A DNA stretch of 64,000 bases from Halorutilales archaeon Cl-col2-1 (GTDB taxonomy: Archaea; Halobacteriota; Halobacteria; Halobacteriales; Afararchaeaceae). How positions within the stretch are numbered: the stretch's first letter is position 1; each line of letters begins with the position of its first letter. The notes beneath the pieces were generated by a model. That model searched no databases. It saw only the letters and a program-made list of their open reading frames with translations, and was not told where the DNA came from. The stretch covers positions 704,001 to 768,000 of the forward strand of contig CP169074.1 in assembly GCA_041891055.1 (NCBI GenBank), written 5' to 3'. Below are positions 49,132 through 58,934 of this stretch, piece after piece. Both the position numbers and the translations under genes were made by a program.

Positions 49132-49564
49132 CTATCTGCCACGTCCATCTCGCGTCTAAGACGTACCTGTATACCCCGGATATTAGTATGCCTACGCCGT
49201 TCGCAACTATGTATCCGAGGTCACCCCATGATCCGAGACCTCCCCACGTCACGAGTGCGTAGAGTATACCTACCTGTATTGGAATCGCCGACCCCCTCAC
49301 CGCGTTCGTCCTCACGAGACCACGTATGTACTCGCCCCTGTCGGTGTGACGCACGACCTTGAATGTCCACGCGTTGTTGATTACGTACTGGAGTACGATG
49401 GTGATCTCTATAGCGACGACCGCGGCGGCGACATAGTACAGCCCGAGTGCCTCGACGAAGCCCCAGAGTAAGAGAGTCTGGACTCCCGCTGCGAAGACTC
49501 CTACCACGAAGAACTTGAGAACGCGTCCCCGCGGCGGTGCGAGGATATCCGTGACTCTCGACAC
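49121..49564 (-). CDS. GtrA-family protein
   Basis: KFFVVG, NNAWTF, four TM helices. Confidence 0.8.
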   Translation of the reverse strand: MSRVTDILAPPRGRVLKFFVVGVFAAGVQTLLLWGFVEALGLYYVAAAVVAIEITIVLQYVINNAWTFKVVRHTDRGEYIRGLVRTNAVRGSAIPIQVGILYALVTWGGLGSWGDLGYIVANGVGILISGVYRYVLDARWTWQIANQ

Positions 49565-49567
49565 CTC

Positions 49568-51004
49568 TTATCTATATCCGAGTGCTTCGAGACGTTTGGA
49601 AACCTCGTCAGACATCTCTTCCTCTTCGTGACTCTCGTTCGAGAGAACTTCCTCGGCACGTTCATGAACCCTACGCCGGAAGGACTCTATAATCTCGGTG
49701 TCTTCGAACTCGGTATTCGACTCGGAGTATAGGTCGTTCTTCTCGAACTCGTCCTCGGCCGTGTTGTAAAGCTCCTTCTCACCGGTTTCGGCGTTCTGTA
49801 TGTAGGTCCAGTCGGAGGTACGTGCGCTCACGAGGAGGTCGCCCTCATCGGGAGTCTTCGGAATCGGCTGCTGTGTCACGGAGTCGCCCCTGACCGTCAC
49901 CGAGACTACGGGCTCGTCGTCTGGGCCGTCTCGGAGGAGGCTTTCTCCCTCCCAGCCCTCGGGAGGAGTCACACCCATGACGTCACATACCGTCGGTGGC
50001 ACCGAGTTGAGTCCGACGGGCTCCGAGACCGAGTCGGCTTCTAAGCCGTCTTTGGGGAGGTCTACCATCAGAGGCACGTTTATTAGCTCGTTGTAGAGCT
50101 TTGGGTAATGTGCGAGATGTCCGTGTTCCTGGAACTCCTCGCCGTGGTCACCCGCTACGACTACACACGTCTCGTCCCTGATACCCTCATCGGAGAGTAG
50201 ACTCAGGAGACGTCCTATGCTCTCGTCGACCTGTCGGACGGTCGCGTCGTAGAGAGTCCGGAGACGTGAGAGCATCTTTTCGTCGACGTCCCAGCCGAGT
50301 CCCGTGTAGAGATGTGCTCTTAGCATCCCGACGGTTCCCATGTGGCTCGAAGAGACCTCACGGACGTGGCGGGGCGCGGGGACATACGGCGTGTGAGTGT
50401 CCATGTAATGTATCCAGACGAAGAAGGACTCGTCCGACCTCTCACGTATGAACTCCTCCGCACGGTTCTCCAACTCGATCATACGTGATGTGTCGGCGAA
50501 ATGTGTGTCGTCGCCCTCGCGTTTGACAGCACTTGCGAGACGCTTAAAAGGCGACGTGCCTAGCTGTATCCAGCCCTGGACGGTGGGATGTGCCATGAGG
50601 TACTTCGAGTAGACAGTGTCGTTCGCCTCTATGAAGTCCTCGAACTCGTCGAATCCTCTGTCGTACTCCCAGTGGTGAGTCAGGAAACCGTTGGAGGCGT
50701 TGAAGCCGCCCGTTGAGATCCCCTCACGTGACAGAGCCTCGGCAAGTGTCGGCGTCTCAGGTGCTCCTATGTTACGGCTGTCGGAGAAGACGGATCTCGA
50801 AGCTAGGATGCTCGGAAACGAGAAGGGAGTCCAGTTGCCGTGCGCAAAGGCGTTCTCGAAGACTGTCGACGTAGATCGGCTCGAAAGTTCGCCTAAGACT
50901 GGTGTCACCTCGCTCTCGGGATCGTGTTCGACGGCGTCAGCCCGGAGCGAGTCGACGGTCACGAGTACCGTCTTCGTGGCTTCTGTAACCGGCTCGGCGC
51001 TCAT
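49568..51004 (-). CDS. Sulfatase/alkaline-phosphatase superfamily protein
   Basis: VDSLRAD, HYMDTHTPY, GDHGE motifs. Confidence 0.85.
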   Translation of the reverse strand: MSAEPVTEATKTVLVTVDSLRADAVEHDPESEVTPVLGELSSRSTSTVFENAFAHGNWTPFSFPSILASRSVFSDSRNIGAPETPTLAEALSREGISTGGFNASNGFLTHHWEYDRGFDEFEDFIEANDTVYSKYLMAHPTVQGWIQLGTSPFKRLASAVKREGDDTHFADTSRMIELENRAEEFIRERSDESFFVWIHYMDTHTPYVPAPRHVREVSSSHMGTVGMLRAHLYTGLGWDVDEKMLSRLRTLYDATVRQVDESIGRLLSLLSDEGIRDETCVVVAGDHGEEFQEHGHLAHYPKLYNELINVPLMVDLPKDGLEADSVSEPVGLNSVPPTVCDVMGVTPPEGWEGESLLRDGPDDEPVVSVTVRGDSVTQQPIPKTPDEGDLLVSARTSDWTYIQNAETGEKELYNTAEDEFEKNDLYSESNTEFEDTEIIESFRRRVHERAEEVLSNESHEEEEMSDEVSKRLEALGYR

Positions 51005-51104
51005 ACTTTGTCTTACAAGACATATGACTTTATACTGTCGGAGCGAGGCGACGGAGACCGAAACCGGGAAAAGTGCTTTAAATTAGAGATACGTGGCACG
51101 GTGT

Positions 51105-52109
51105 ATGAGAAGGGAGACGGCGCTCGGACTCGGGGTCGCGGGAGTTCTTGTTTTCGTCCTGGGCTTAGCGGTCGTAGTTCCGGGTGCCGTCGAGAAGCCC
51201 GACGACCAGGTCAGACGTAGCTTCATAACAGTCGAAGAGGTGAGTATAAAGCCCGTCTCAGTCACGGGTTCGAACGTCAGTCTGAGGATCGAGACACGTT
51301 TCGATCACTCCGGGGGCGTCTCCGAGAACACGACTGTCGCTGTCAGAGCCACGAGTACCGAGACGGGTCTCCTCGAAACTACACGGACGAAAGATGTCGG
51401 AGACGTGACCGACGAAAGAGAGGTAAGTGTGACACATAACGTCACCGTTGAGAGGTCGGGCGGTTACAGGGTAGACTCTGTCGTCTACACCGACGGTAGA
51501 CGTGTCTCGTCGGCGTCGAAGTCTGTCAGGAGGGTTGGGAGCCTGAAGCCCGAGTACGCACGTAGTCCACTCGGCTTCGAGAGCTTCGGTTCACAGCCGA
51601 GCATAGAGTACTCGGTAGACGAGGTAGACAGATCGACTGTGGCTCTCAACGTGACTGCGTACGTAACCAACACCGGAGGGAGACAGACTGAGGACACCTA
51701 CGTCGTTCTCAAGGCTCGCCAGTCGGAGTCTGGTATAGTAACCGACGAGAGACGCGTCGGTGTCGGCGAGATAGACGAGGGCGAGACACGTGAGGTGAAC
51801 ACACGCCTCGAAGTCCCTGACGGATACAACTACTACCTCGACGCTGTCCTGTGGAAGGACGACGTGGTCTTGGGTACCACGAGAAGCGGAGCGAGTCTCA
51901 ACCCTAGTAAGAGTATACCGACGAATGTGACCCAGGAGGAGGTGGGGATAAGAGTCGAGGACTTCGAGAGAGACGACGAGCCACAGTCCCGGAGCGACGA
52001 GTTGGAGTCGGAAGTTCCGGAGGACGGACAGGGACAGCCGGGTCTCGGAGTCGTCGCGGCTGTCTTGGCAGTCTCCGCCGTCGGAGTTAGAAGGTGGTAC
52101 TATGACTGA
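51105..52109 (+). CDS. Surface protein with PGF-CTERM-like sorting tail
   Basis: N-terminal TM, two beta-rich repeats, C-terminal QPGLG + TM + RR. Confidence 0.7.
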   Translation: MRRETALGLGVAGVLVFVLGLAVVVPGAVEKPDDQVRRSFITVEEVSIKPVSVTGSNVSLRIETRFDHSGGVSENTTVAVRATSTETGLLETTRTKDVGDVTDEREVSVTHNVTVERSGGYRVDSVVYTDGRRVSSASKSVRRVGSLKPEYARSPLGFESFGSQPSIEYSVDEVDRSTVALNVTAYVTNTGGRQTEDTYVVLKARQSESGIVTDERRVGVGEIDEGETREVNTRLEVPDGYNYYLDAVLWKDDVVLGTTRSGASLNPSKSIPTNVTQEEVGIRVEDFERDDEPQSRSDELESEVPEDGQGQPGLGVVAAVLAVSAVGVRRWYYD

Positions 52110-52422
52110 GACTGAAACTGAAACTGAGACTGAGACCCAGACCCGGACTGAGGCTGAGACCGAGAAAACAGACGACGGGACAGGTAACGAGACAGACACG
52201 GGAGACGGGAGAGACGCGAGGTACTACGTCGAGAGGGGAGTCCTCGGTATACTCCTCGTGATAGGCTTCGTCGCGTCTCTGAGGTTCTACCTGAGCGCGA
52301 CCGCTGCGATAGACTACTGGGTCACTGACGCCTACGTAGACGTCTTCCAGGCGGCGTTCAACCTGATAGTCCTACTCCTTGTCGGAATCGGGATCACGAG
52401 ACAGATAAGAAAGATCTCGTGA
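52102..52422 (+). CDS. Small 2-TM membrane protein with TE-repeat N-terminus
   Basis: Overlaps upstream gene; two hydrophobic helices. Confidence 0.7.
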   Translation: MTETETETETETQTRTEAETEKTDDGTGNETDTGDGRDARYYVERGVLGILLVIGFVASLRFYLSATAAIDYWVTDAYVDVFQAAFNLIVLLLVGIGITRQIRKIS

Positions 52423-52466
52423 TCCGAAAAGCTTGAAGGCGACCATGTTCATCTATCACATACAAC

Positions 52467-53330
52467 ATGGTCTCCCAGAAGGAGATAGAGACGTTAAGGC
52501 AGGAAGCTCAGACGATATTCACACGTATAGACGAGGTTAACGGCGCGCTCGAAGACGCGAGGAAGAAAGAGGGAGATCACTGGGACGACGGAAGCCTCGA
52601 TCTCAGTCTCAAAACGCCGTCGGGAGACGAGATAGAAGTAGAACTCGACCTCGATAAGGACGCCGCCGAAAACGCACAGGAGAGGTACGAGGAGGCGAAG
52701 GAGATGGAGGAAGTCTTAGAGGAAAAGAAAGAGGTAGAGGGCGAGCTCGCGGGCGCGCCGTCAGACCCCCTCGCGTACCTCATACTCTACCATCTCAAGA
52801 AGGTCAAGGGCGATTATCCGCGTTCTATGGCGATGAACCTCGACGCCGAGAGGAAAGACGTAGTTGACCTGTGTGATCAGCTAGAGAGCGCGGGTCTGAT
52901 AGAACGCATAGAGTCGGGGATGCTCAAGAGACGTAAGGTCAAGCTCAAACGGTCTCTCGAGACACACCAGCACCACACCTACTACCGTCTGTCGCGCGAG
53001 GGAGACCATCTACTACGTTTCTTGGAGGAAGACGACGGCAAGGAGAGCTTTCTACGTAAGGTCGACAACGCCCTCACGGTGGCTCGGCGTATATCGGAGG
53101 GTGGACCCGACTACCCACGTATGACCTCGGAGGATCTCGACCTCGACCTCGGCCACGTCCGGAAGCTCTACAAGGCGATGGTTCTCGCGGGAGTCGCCGA
53201 GACCTACGACGGAAGCATAATAAAAGGGAAGGAGAGGAAGCTCAAGCCCAAGGACGAGACCCACAGGAAACACACCTACTACGTCACGACGCGCGACGTA
53301 GACCTCATACTCAGAGACTGGGAAGACTGA
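52467..53330 (+). CDS. Tandem DUF2250-like wHTH protein with N-terminal coiled coil
   Basis: Two repeats (G/P)DYPR...HHTYY / KHTYY. Confidence 0.7.
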   Translation: MVSQKEIETLRQEAQTIFTRIDEVNGALEDARKKEGDHWDDGSLDLSLKTPSGDEIEVELDLDKDAAENAQERYEEAKEMEEVLEEKKEVEGELAGAPSDPLAYLILYHLKKVKGDYPRSMAMNLDAERKDVVDLCDQLESAGLIERIESGMLKRRKVKLKRSLETHQHHTYYRLSREGDHLLRFLEEDDGKESFLRKVDNALTVARRISEGGPDYPRMTSEDLDLDLGHVRKLYKAMVLAGVAETYDGSIIKGKERKLKPKDETHRKHTYYVTTRDVDLILRDWED

Positions 53331-53370
53331 GACGGGATACTGTCTTATGCCGTGAAGACCCATATAGGAT

Positions 53371-53817
53371 ATGCTCGAAGTCGGAGACACAGCCCCCGAG
53401 TTGAGTGCAGAGACGACACAGGGGAGATTCGACCTGTCGGAAGCGGACGAGGAGGGTGCCGTAGTACTGTTCTTCTTCCCGAAGGCGGGAAGCCGAGTAT
53501 GTACGAAGGAGGCTTGTTCGTTCCGTGACTCGACAGCCGAGTTCAACGATGTCGATGCGACCGTCGTAGGGGTCTCGTCGAACGACTCACTCGAACGTCT
53601 CGAAGAGTTCGCGGAGAAAAACAGTCTCGACTTCCCTCTCGTGAGCGACACCGACGGAGAGATATCCAAGAAGTACGGCGCGAAGGGTGTACTCGGACTT
53701 TACTCGAAACGTGTGACCTACGTGATCGAGGACGGCGAGGTCGTCGGACGCGTCAAGGGAATGCTGAGTGCCGACAGACATGTCGAGGGTTCTATTGAAG
53801 CTCTGCGCCAGATCTGA
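53371..53817 (+). CDS. bcp: Peroxiredoxin (Bcp/PrxQ)
   Basis: FFPKAGSRVCTKEAC motif. Confidence 0.88.
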   Translation: MLEVGDTAPELSAETTQGRFDLSEADEEGAVVLFFFPKAGSRVCTKEACSFRDSTAEFNDVDATVVGVSSNDSLERLEEFAEKNSLDFPLVSDTDGEISKKYGAKGVLGLYSKRVTYVIEDGEVVGRVKGMLSADRHVEGSIEALRQI

Positions 53818-53872
53818 CCTGCTGAACGACGGCGTTATTAGGCAAGCGACAGAAGACACACACGGTACATAG

Positions 53873-56800
53873 ATGTCGGACGAGATGGATCGACCGAGTC
53901 AGAGCCAGAGCCAGAACCAGAGACGTGACGACTACCTACAAGAGCTCGAAGACCGTCTCTGGAACGCGATGGAGATAGCGAACGAGGCACGTTCGAGAGG
54001 CGGAGACCCGAGTCCGGAGGTCGAGATACCCGTCGCGAAGGATCTCGCCGAGAGGGTCGAGAACCTCATAGGAATCGAAGGTATCTCCGAGAGGATACGT
54101 GAGTTAGAGGACGAGATGAGCCGTGAGAACGTCGCTCTCAAGCTCGCCGAGGAGTTCGCAGTCGGTGAGATAGGAGACTCTGACTCGAAGGCAGGGAAGG
54201 CGGAGGACGCCATAAGAACCGCCGTAGCACTCCTCACCGAGGGAGTAGTCGCCGCGCCCCTCGAAGGCATCGACGCCGTAGAGGTCAGACAGAACGACGA
54301 CGGCACCGAGTACCTCTCGGTCGAGTACGCGGGTCCGATACGGAGCGCGGGGGGTACGGCACAGGCTCTGAGCGTCTTAGTCGCTGACTACGTCCGTACA
54401 GAGGTCGGGATAGACGAGTACAAGCCGAGGGACGACGAGGTCGAGAGATACGTCGAGGAAATCGACCTCTACGCCTCGGAGACGGGTCTCCAGTACACTC
54501 CGAAGGACAAGGAGGTACGTAAGATAGTCGAGAACTGTCCAATCTTCTTAGACGGTGAGCCCACGAGCGAGCGCGAGGTCTCGGGTTACAGGGATCTCGA
54601 ACGGATAGAGACCAACAGGGCGCGCGGAGGCATGTGTCTCGTCGCCGCCGAGGGAATCGCCCTCAAGGCTCCGAAGATAAAGAAACACGTCACTAGCCTA
54701 GGACTCGACGGCTGGGGCTGGCTCGACTTCTTCATACACGACTCGTCCGACGACGACGCGGAGTCAGAGGAAGGCGAAGACGAAACAGAGGAAGACGGGG
54801 ACGACACCGACGGTAGTCAGCGTCCCCGTGTCGACCCCAACGACAAGTTCCTACAGGATCTCATAGCCGGAAGACCCGTCTTCTCACATCCCTCGGCGAA
54901 GGGCGGCTTCCGTCTACGTTACGCGAGGGCACGGAACACGGGATACGCCGCCTCGGGGATCAGTCCCGCGACGATGGTTCTCGTCGACAACTTCCTCGCG
55001 CCCGGGACACAGCTGAAGACCGAGAGACCGGGTAAGGCGGCGGGGGTCGCTCCAGTCGACTCGTTGGAAGGACCTACGGTGAGGCTCCACAACGGCGAGG
55101 TGAGACGTATAGACGACGCCGACGAGGCGAAGAGGATCAGAAACGGAGTCGAGAAGATCATCGACATGGGCGAGATCGGGGTCAACTACGGCGACTTCCT
55201 CGAAAACAATCACCCTCTTGCTCCGGCGTCTTACGTCTACGACTGGTGGATACAGGATCTCGGAGAGACCGAGGCTGACGTCGAAGAGCTATCGGAGGCG
55301 TTCGACCTCGAAGAGATTGCCCCGAGACAGGCTCTCAGGCTGAGCGACAAGTACGGGGTTCCTCTCCATCCCAACTTTACGTATCTTTGGCACGACATAA
55401 GCCTCGACGAGTACTCACGTCTTCTCGATGCTGTGATGGAGAAGAAAGAAGGCAAGCTTCTCCTCGACGGCGACGTCTCCGATCTACTCGAAAAGCTCCT
55501 CGTCCCACATATACAGAACGACGACACCGTACGGGTCGGAGACGGAGACTCCGTGGTACTCGAAAGGTACCTCGACGCCGACTCTCCGCCGGACGACGCC
55601 GAGACTGTCTTAGACGCCGTAGAGGAGGTCTCGGGAATAGAGACGAGAGAGCGCGCGCCGACGAGGGTGGGCGCACGTATGGGACGTCCCGAGAAGTCGA
55701 AGAGACGTGACATGAACCCTCGTGTCCACTGTCTCTTCCCGATAGGCGAAGCGGGAGGCTCACAGAGGGACATAGACGAGGCGACTTCGTACTCTGAAAC
55801 TATGCGTGAGAGCACGGGACGTATAGACGTCGAGGTCGGCGTGAGACGGTGTCCCGACTGCGGAGAGACGACCTACGAGACTGTCTGTGACTGCGGCGAG
55901 AGGACAGAGCCCGTCGAGAAATGCCCGAGATGTGGTGTCGAGGTCGACGACAGAGACGAATGTCCGAGATGTGGCGGCGAGACTTCGTCGGTCGAGGAGA
56001 CGACTATCGACATAAAGTCGGAGTACAGGGAAGCACTCGACGAACTCGGCGAACGCGACAGCTACGACATACTCAAATGTGTCAAAGGTCTCTCGTCGGA
56101 GGACAAGACACCCGAGCCCCTCGAAAAGGGTGTGCTGAGGGCGAAACACGACGTCTCGGCTTTCAAGGACGGAACCTCGCGGTACGACCTCACCGACCTG
56201 CCTCTAACGGCGTTCAAACCCGCTGAGTTAGACGTCTCAGTAGAGAAGGTGCGCGAACTCGGATACGAGACCGACATAGACGGCGAGCCTCTCAGAGACC
56301 CCGAACAGGTCGTCGAACTCAAGCCACAGGACGTGGTTCTGAGCGACGACGCCGCCGAGTACATGGTATCAGTCGCCGACTACGTTGACGATCTCCTCGA
56401 AGAGTACTACGGTACCGAGCCCTACTACGGGATAGACGACAGGGACGACCTCGTCGGAGAGCTCGTGATGGGACTCGCGCCACACACGAGCGCGGGAGTC
56501 CTCGGAAGGGTCGTCGGATTCACGTCGGCTTCTGTGGGATACGCACATCCATTCTTCCACGCAGCTAAGAGACGGAACTGCTTCCATCCTGAGACTAAAG
56601 TATGGGTGAAAGACGAGGATGGCTGGAGATACGAACGTATAGAGGAGTTGGTCGAGGGGAATCTCGAAGACCCGAGACGTGACGACTTCGGTAATCTGAT
56701 ACAGGAAATAGAAGACGACAGAGACCTCTATGTTCCCTCAGTCGACTCTGACGGCGAGACAGTCGTTAAGAGGATAGACGCACTTTCGAAACATCCTTCA

Positions 56801-58852
56801 CCCGAACATTTAATCGAGATAGAGACACGCAGCGGACGAAGCCTGTCCTTGACACCTGACCACGAGTTACAGGCCTATGACAGGTCTTCGGGAGAGATCC
56901 ATACTAAAAAGGCAGTTGAGATGTCCGAGGACGACCACCTCATAACACCACGTGACCTCCCGGTCGACTCTGACTCCACAGACCTCCGCTTCGACCTGCT
57001 TGAGGAGTTCCTACGAATCCCGGAAATCGAAAACGACCGTCTGATGGTTAAGGGCTGGGAGAAAGACGAGATATACGAGCTTTTCGAGGAGAGTCTCGAA
57101 ACTGAGTGGGTCGGGGAGTTCTACCCATTAAAAAGCACGGCGGAGTATCTCGGCATGACTAAGAAGTCTCTCAGCAACTACATCTACCGTGGGAGTCTTC
57201 CGGCGAGTATACTACTCGAACTACTTGGGTCAGCCGAGAACGTCGTCAGCTCAACACCTGACGACCTAAAGCTCGGAATTAAACGCGACTCGGTGGAGAT
57301 AGACCGGTTCATCGATGTCAACGAGAACGTCGCAACCCTTCTCGGCTACTACGCCGCTGAGGGATTTGTACGCGAACAGGAGACTTCGAAGGGAAGTATA
57401 CACCAGACAACCTTCTGTGGAGCCGAGGAAGATGTTCGTGACTTCTACCTCCGTACACTCGAGGAAGAGTTCGGCGTGAGTCCATACGTCGAAAATGAGT
57501 TCAAGATTACTGTTTCAGGACGTTTACTACGAGTCTTGTTAGATTCAGTTCTACAAGCCGGAGTCTATTCACACACGAAACGTGTTCCCGACTTTGTCTT
57601 CGATGCTCCCCCGAGTATAGCCGCGGCATACCTCAAGGGATACTTCAGCGGTGACGGACACGTCTCCTCCGACGTGCTTGAGGTACACGCGACGACCGTA
57701 AGCGACGAGCTGAAAGAGGATCTCCTCGCAGTACTCACACGTCTGGGTATAAAAGCGAAGGTGAGAGAGAAAGAGCCAGTTCGCCTCCACGAGAAGTTCC
57801 CTGACTACTACGACGCCGGCACCGAGAAGACTTCTCTTCCGACTTACAGGCTGTCTATTTCCTCGAAAGACGCAGCCACGTTCGGTCAGAAAGTCGGATT
57901 CCATCTCCCGAGGAAACAGTCAGTGCTCTCCCAACATCTCAGTCAGAAAACAACTGCTAAGAGAATAGTCTTCGACGGTAGCTCAGACGAAGAGGAGATA
58001 CTCATCGAGTCGGTGGAAGAAGTTGAGTACACCAAGAGTGACACCGACTTCGTGTACTGTCTTACGGTAAATGACACACATTCGTTAGTAGCCAACGACT
58101 TAGGTGCTAAGCAGTGCGACGGTGATGAAGACTGTGTGATGCTTCTGATGGACGGTCTTCTCAACTTCTCGAAGTCGTATCTCCCCGACAAGAGAGGCGG
58201 ACAGATGGACGCGCCTCTCGTGATGACGACACGTATCGACCCCGAGGAGATAGACGACGAGTCCCACAACGTCGACACCGTAGACCGTTACCCCCTCGAC
58301 TTCTACGAGGCTACTCGTGAGATCGCCGACTCGAAGTCCGTAGACGTACCGATAGCTGAGGACGGTCTCAACGATCCCGACCTGAGATTCGACCACACAG
58401 TCGAGACCTCCGAGATAGCCGGAGGACCCGACAACTCGTCATACAAGACACTCGGGTCGATGCTCGACAAGACAGAGAACCAGCTGGAGCTCGCACGGAA
58501 GATACGCGCGGTGAAGGAGGACGACGTCGCCGAGAGGATAATTGAGTCACATTTCCTCCCCGATCTGATAGGCAACCTGCGTGCCTTCGGTCAGCAGGAG
58601 GTTCGGTGTACCAACTGTAACTCGAAGTACAGACGTCCGCCTCTCTCGGGTAGATGTGAATGTGGAAGCGAACTCACTCTCACGGTTCACGAGGGGAGCG
58701 TGAGGAAGTACCTCGACGTCTCGCTACGTGTCGGAGAGGAGTACGGTGCGTCGAACTACACCCTCCAGCGTCTCGAACAGCTTGAGAGGTCGATAGACAG
58801 CATATTCGAGGACGACAAGTCGAGACAGTCGGGAATAGCCGACTTCATGTGA
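53873..58852 (+). CDS. polC: DNA polymerase D large subunit DP2 with intein
   Basis: GPIRSAGGT, RMGRPEKS, HAAKRRN|CDGDED, zinc fingers. Confidence 0.97.
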   Translation: MSDEMDRPSQSQSQNQRRDDYLQELEDRLWNAMEIANEARSRGGDPSPEVEIPVAKDLAERVENLIGIEGISERIRELEDEMSRENVALKLAEEFAVGEIGDSDSKAGKAEDAIRTAVALLTEGVVAAPLEGIDAVEVRQNDDGTEYLSVEYAGPIRSAGGTAQALSVLVADYVRTEVGIDEYKPRDDEVERYVEEIDLYASETGLQYTPKDKEVRKIVENCPIFLDGEPTSEREVSGYRDLERIETNRARGGMCLVAAEGIALKAPKIKKHVTSLGLDGWGWLDFFIHDSSDDDAESEEGEDETEEDGDDTDGSQRPRVDPNDKFLQDLIAGRPVFSHPSAKGGFRLRYARARNTGYAASGISPATMVLVDNFLAPGTQLKTERPGKAAGVAPVDSLEGPTVRLHNGEVRRIDDADEAKRIRNGVEKIIDMGEIGVNYGDFLENNHPLAPASYVYDWWIQDLGETEADVEELSEAFDLEEIAPRQALRLSDKYGVPLHPNFTYLWHDISLDEYSRLLDAVMEKKEGKLLLDGDVSDLLEKLLVPHIQNDDTVRVGDGDSVVLERYLDADSPPDDAETVLDAVEEVSGIETRERAPTRVGARMGRPEKSKRRDMNPRVHCLFPIGEAGGSQRDIDEATSYSETMRESTGRIDVEVGVRRCPDCGETTYETVCDCGERTEPVEKCPRCGVEVDDRDECPRCGGETSSVEETTIDIKSEYREALDELGERDSYDILKCVKGLSSEDKTPEPLEKGVLRAKHDVSAFKDGTSRYDLTDLPLTAFKPAELDVSVEKVRELGYETDIDGEPLRDPEQVVELKPQDVVLSDDAAEYMVSVADYVDDLLEEYYGTEPYYGIDDRDDLVGELVMGLAPHTSAGVLGRVVGFTSASVGYAHPFFHAAKRRNCFHPETKVWVKDEDGWRYERIEELVEGNLEDPRRDDFGNLIQEIEDDRDLYVPSVDSDGETVVKRIDALSKHPSPEHLIEIETRSGRSLSLTPDHELQAYDRSSGEIHTKKAVEMSEDDHLITPRDLPVDSDSTDLRFDLLEEFLRIPEIENDRLMVKGWEKDEIYELFEESLETEWVGEFYPLKSTAEYLGMTKKSLSNYIYRGSLPASILLELLGSAENVVSSTPDDLKLGIKRDSVEIDRFIDVNENVATLLGYYAAEGFVREQETSKGSIHQTTFCGAEEDVRDFYLRTLEEEFGVSPYVENEFKITVSGRLLRVLLDSVLQAGVYSHTKRVPDFVFDAPPSIAAAYLKGYFSGDGHVSSDVLEVHATTVSDELKEDLLAVLTRLGIKAKVREKEPVRLHEKFPDYYDAGTEKTSLPTYRLSISSKDAATFGQKVGFHLPRKQSVLSQHLSQKTTAKRIVFDGSSDEEEILIESVEEVEYTKSDTDFVYCLTVNDTHSLVANDLGAKQCDGDEDCVMLLMDGLLNFSKSYLPDKRGGQMDAPLVMTTRIDPEEIDDESHNVDTVDRYPLDFYEATREIADSKSVDVPIAEDGLNDPDLRFDHTVETSEIAGGPDNSSYKTLGSMLDKTENQLELARKIRAVKEDDVAERIIESHFLPDLIGNLRAFGQQEVRCTNCNSKYRRPPLSGRCECGSELTLTVHEGSVRKYLDVSLRVGEEYGASNYTLQRLEQLERSIDSIFEDDKSRQSGIADFM
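56579..58114 (+). mobile_element. Intein in polC (Cys start, Gln end, LAGLIDADG HEN), 512 aa
   Basis: CFHPET start, TPDH block B, GYYAAEG and GYFSGDG motifs, AKQ|C end. Confidence 0.92.
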
Positions 58853-58934
58853 CGTGACTTCGACTGTGACTATCTAACCCCGAGTGCCGCCGAGGACTCG
58901 GAACTGTTTAAACCCTAGCATACAATCTTCGAAC

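Noticed and set aside
52105-52165. ACTGAG/ACTGAA hexamer repeats
   Set aside because: They encode a low-complexity Thr-Glu tail also seen in other genes here (31608, 39970); not a regulatory array.
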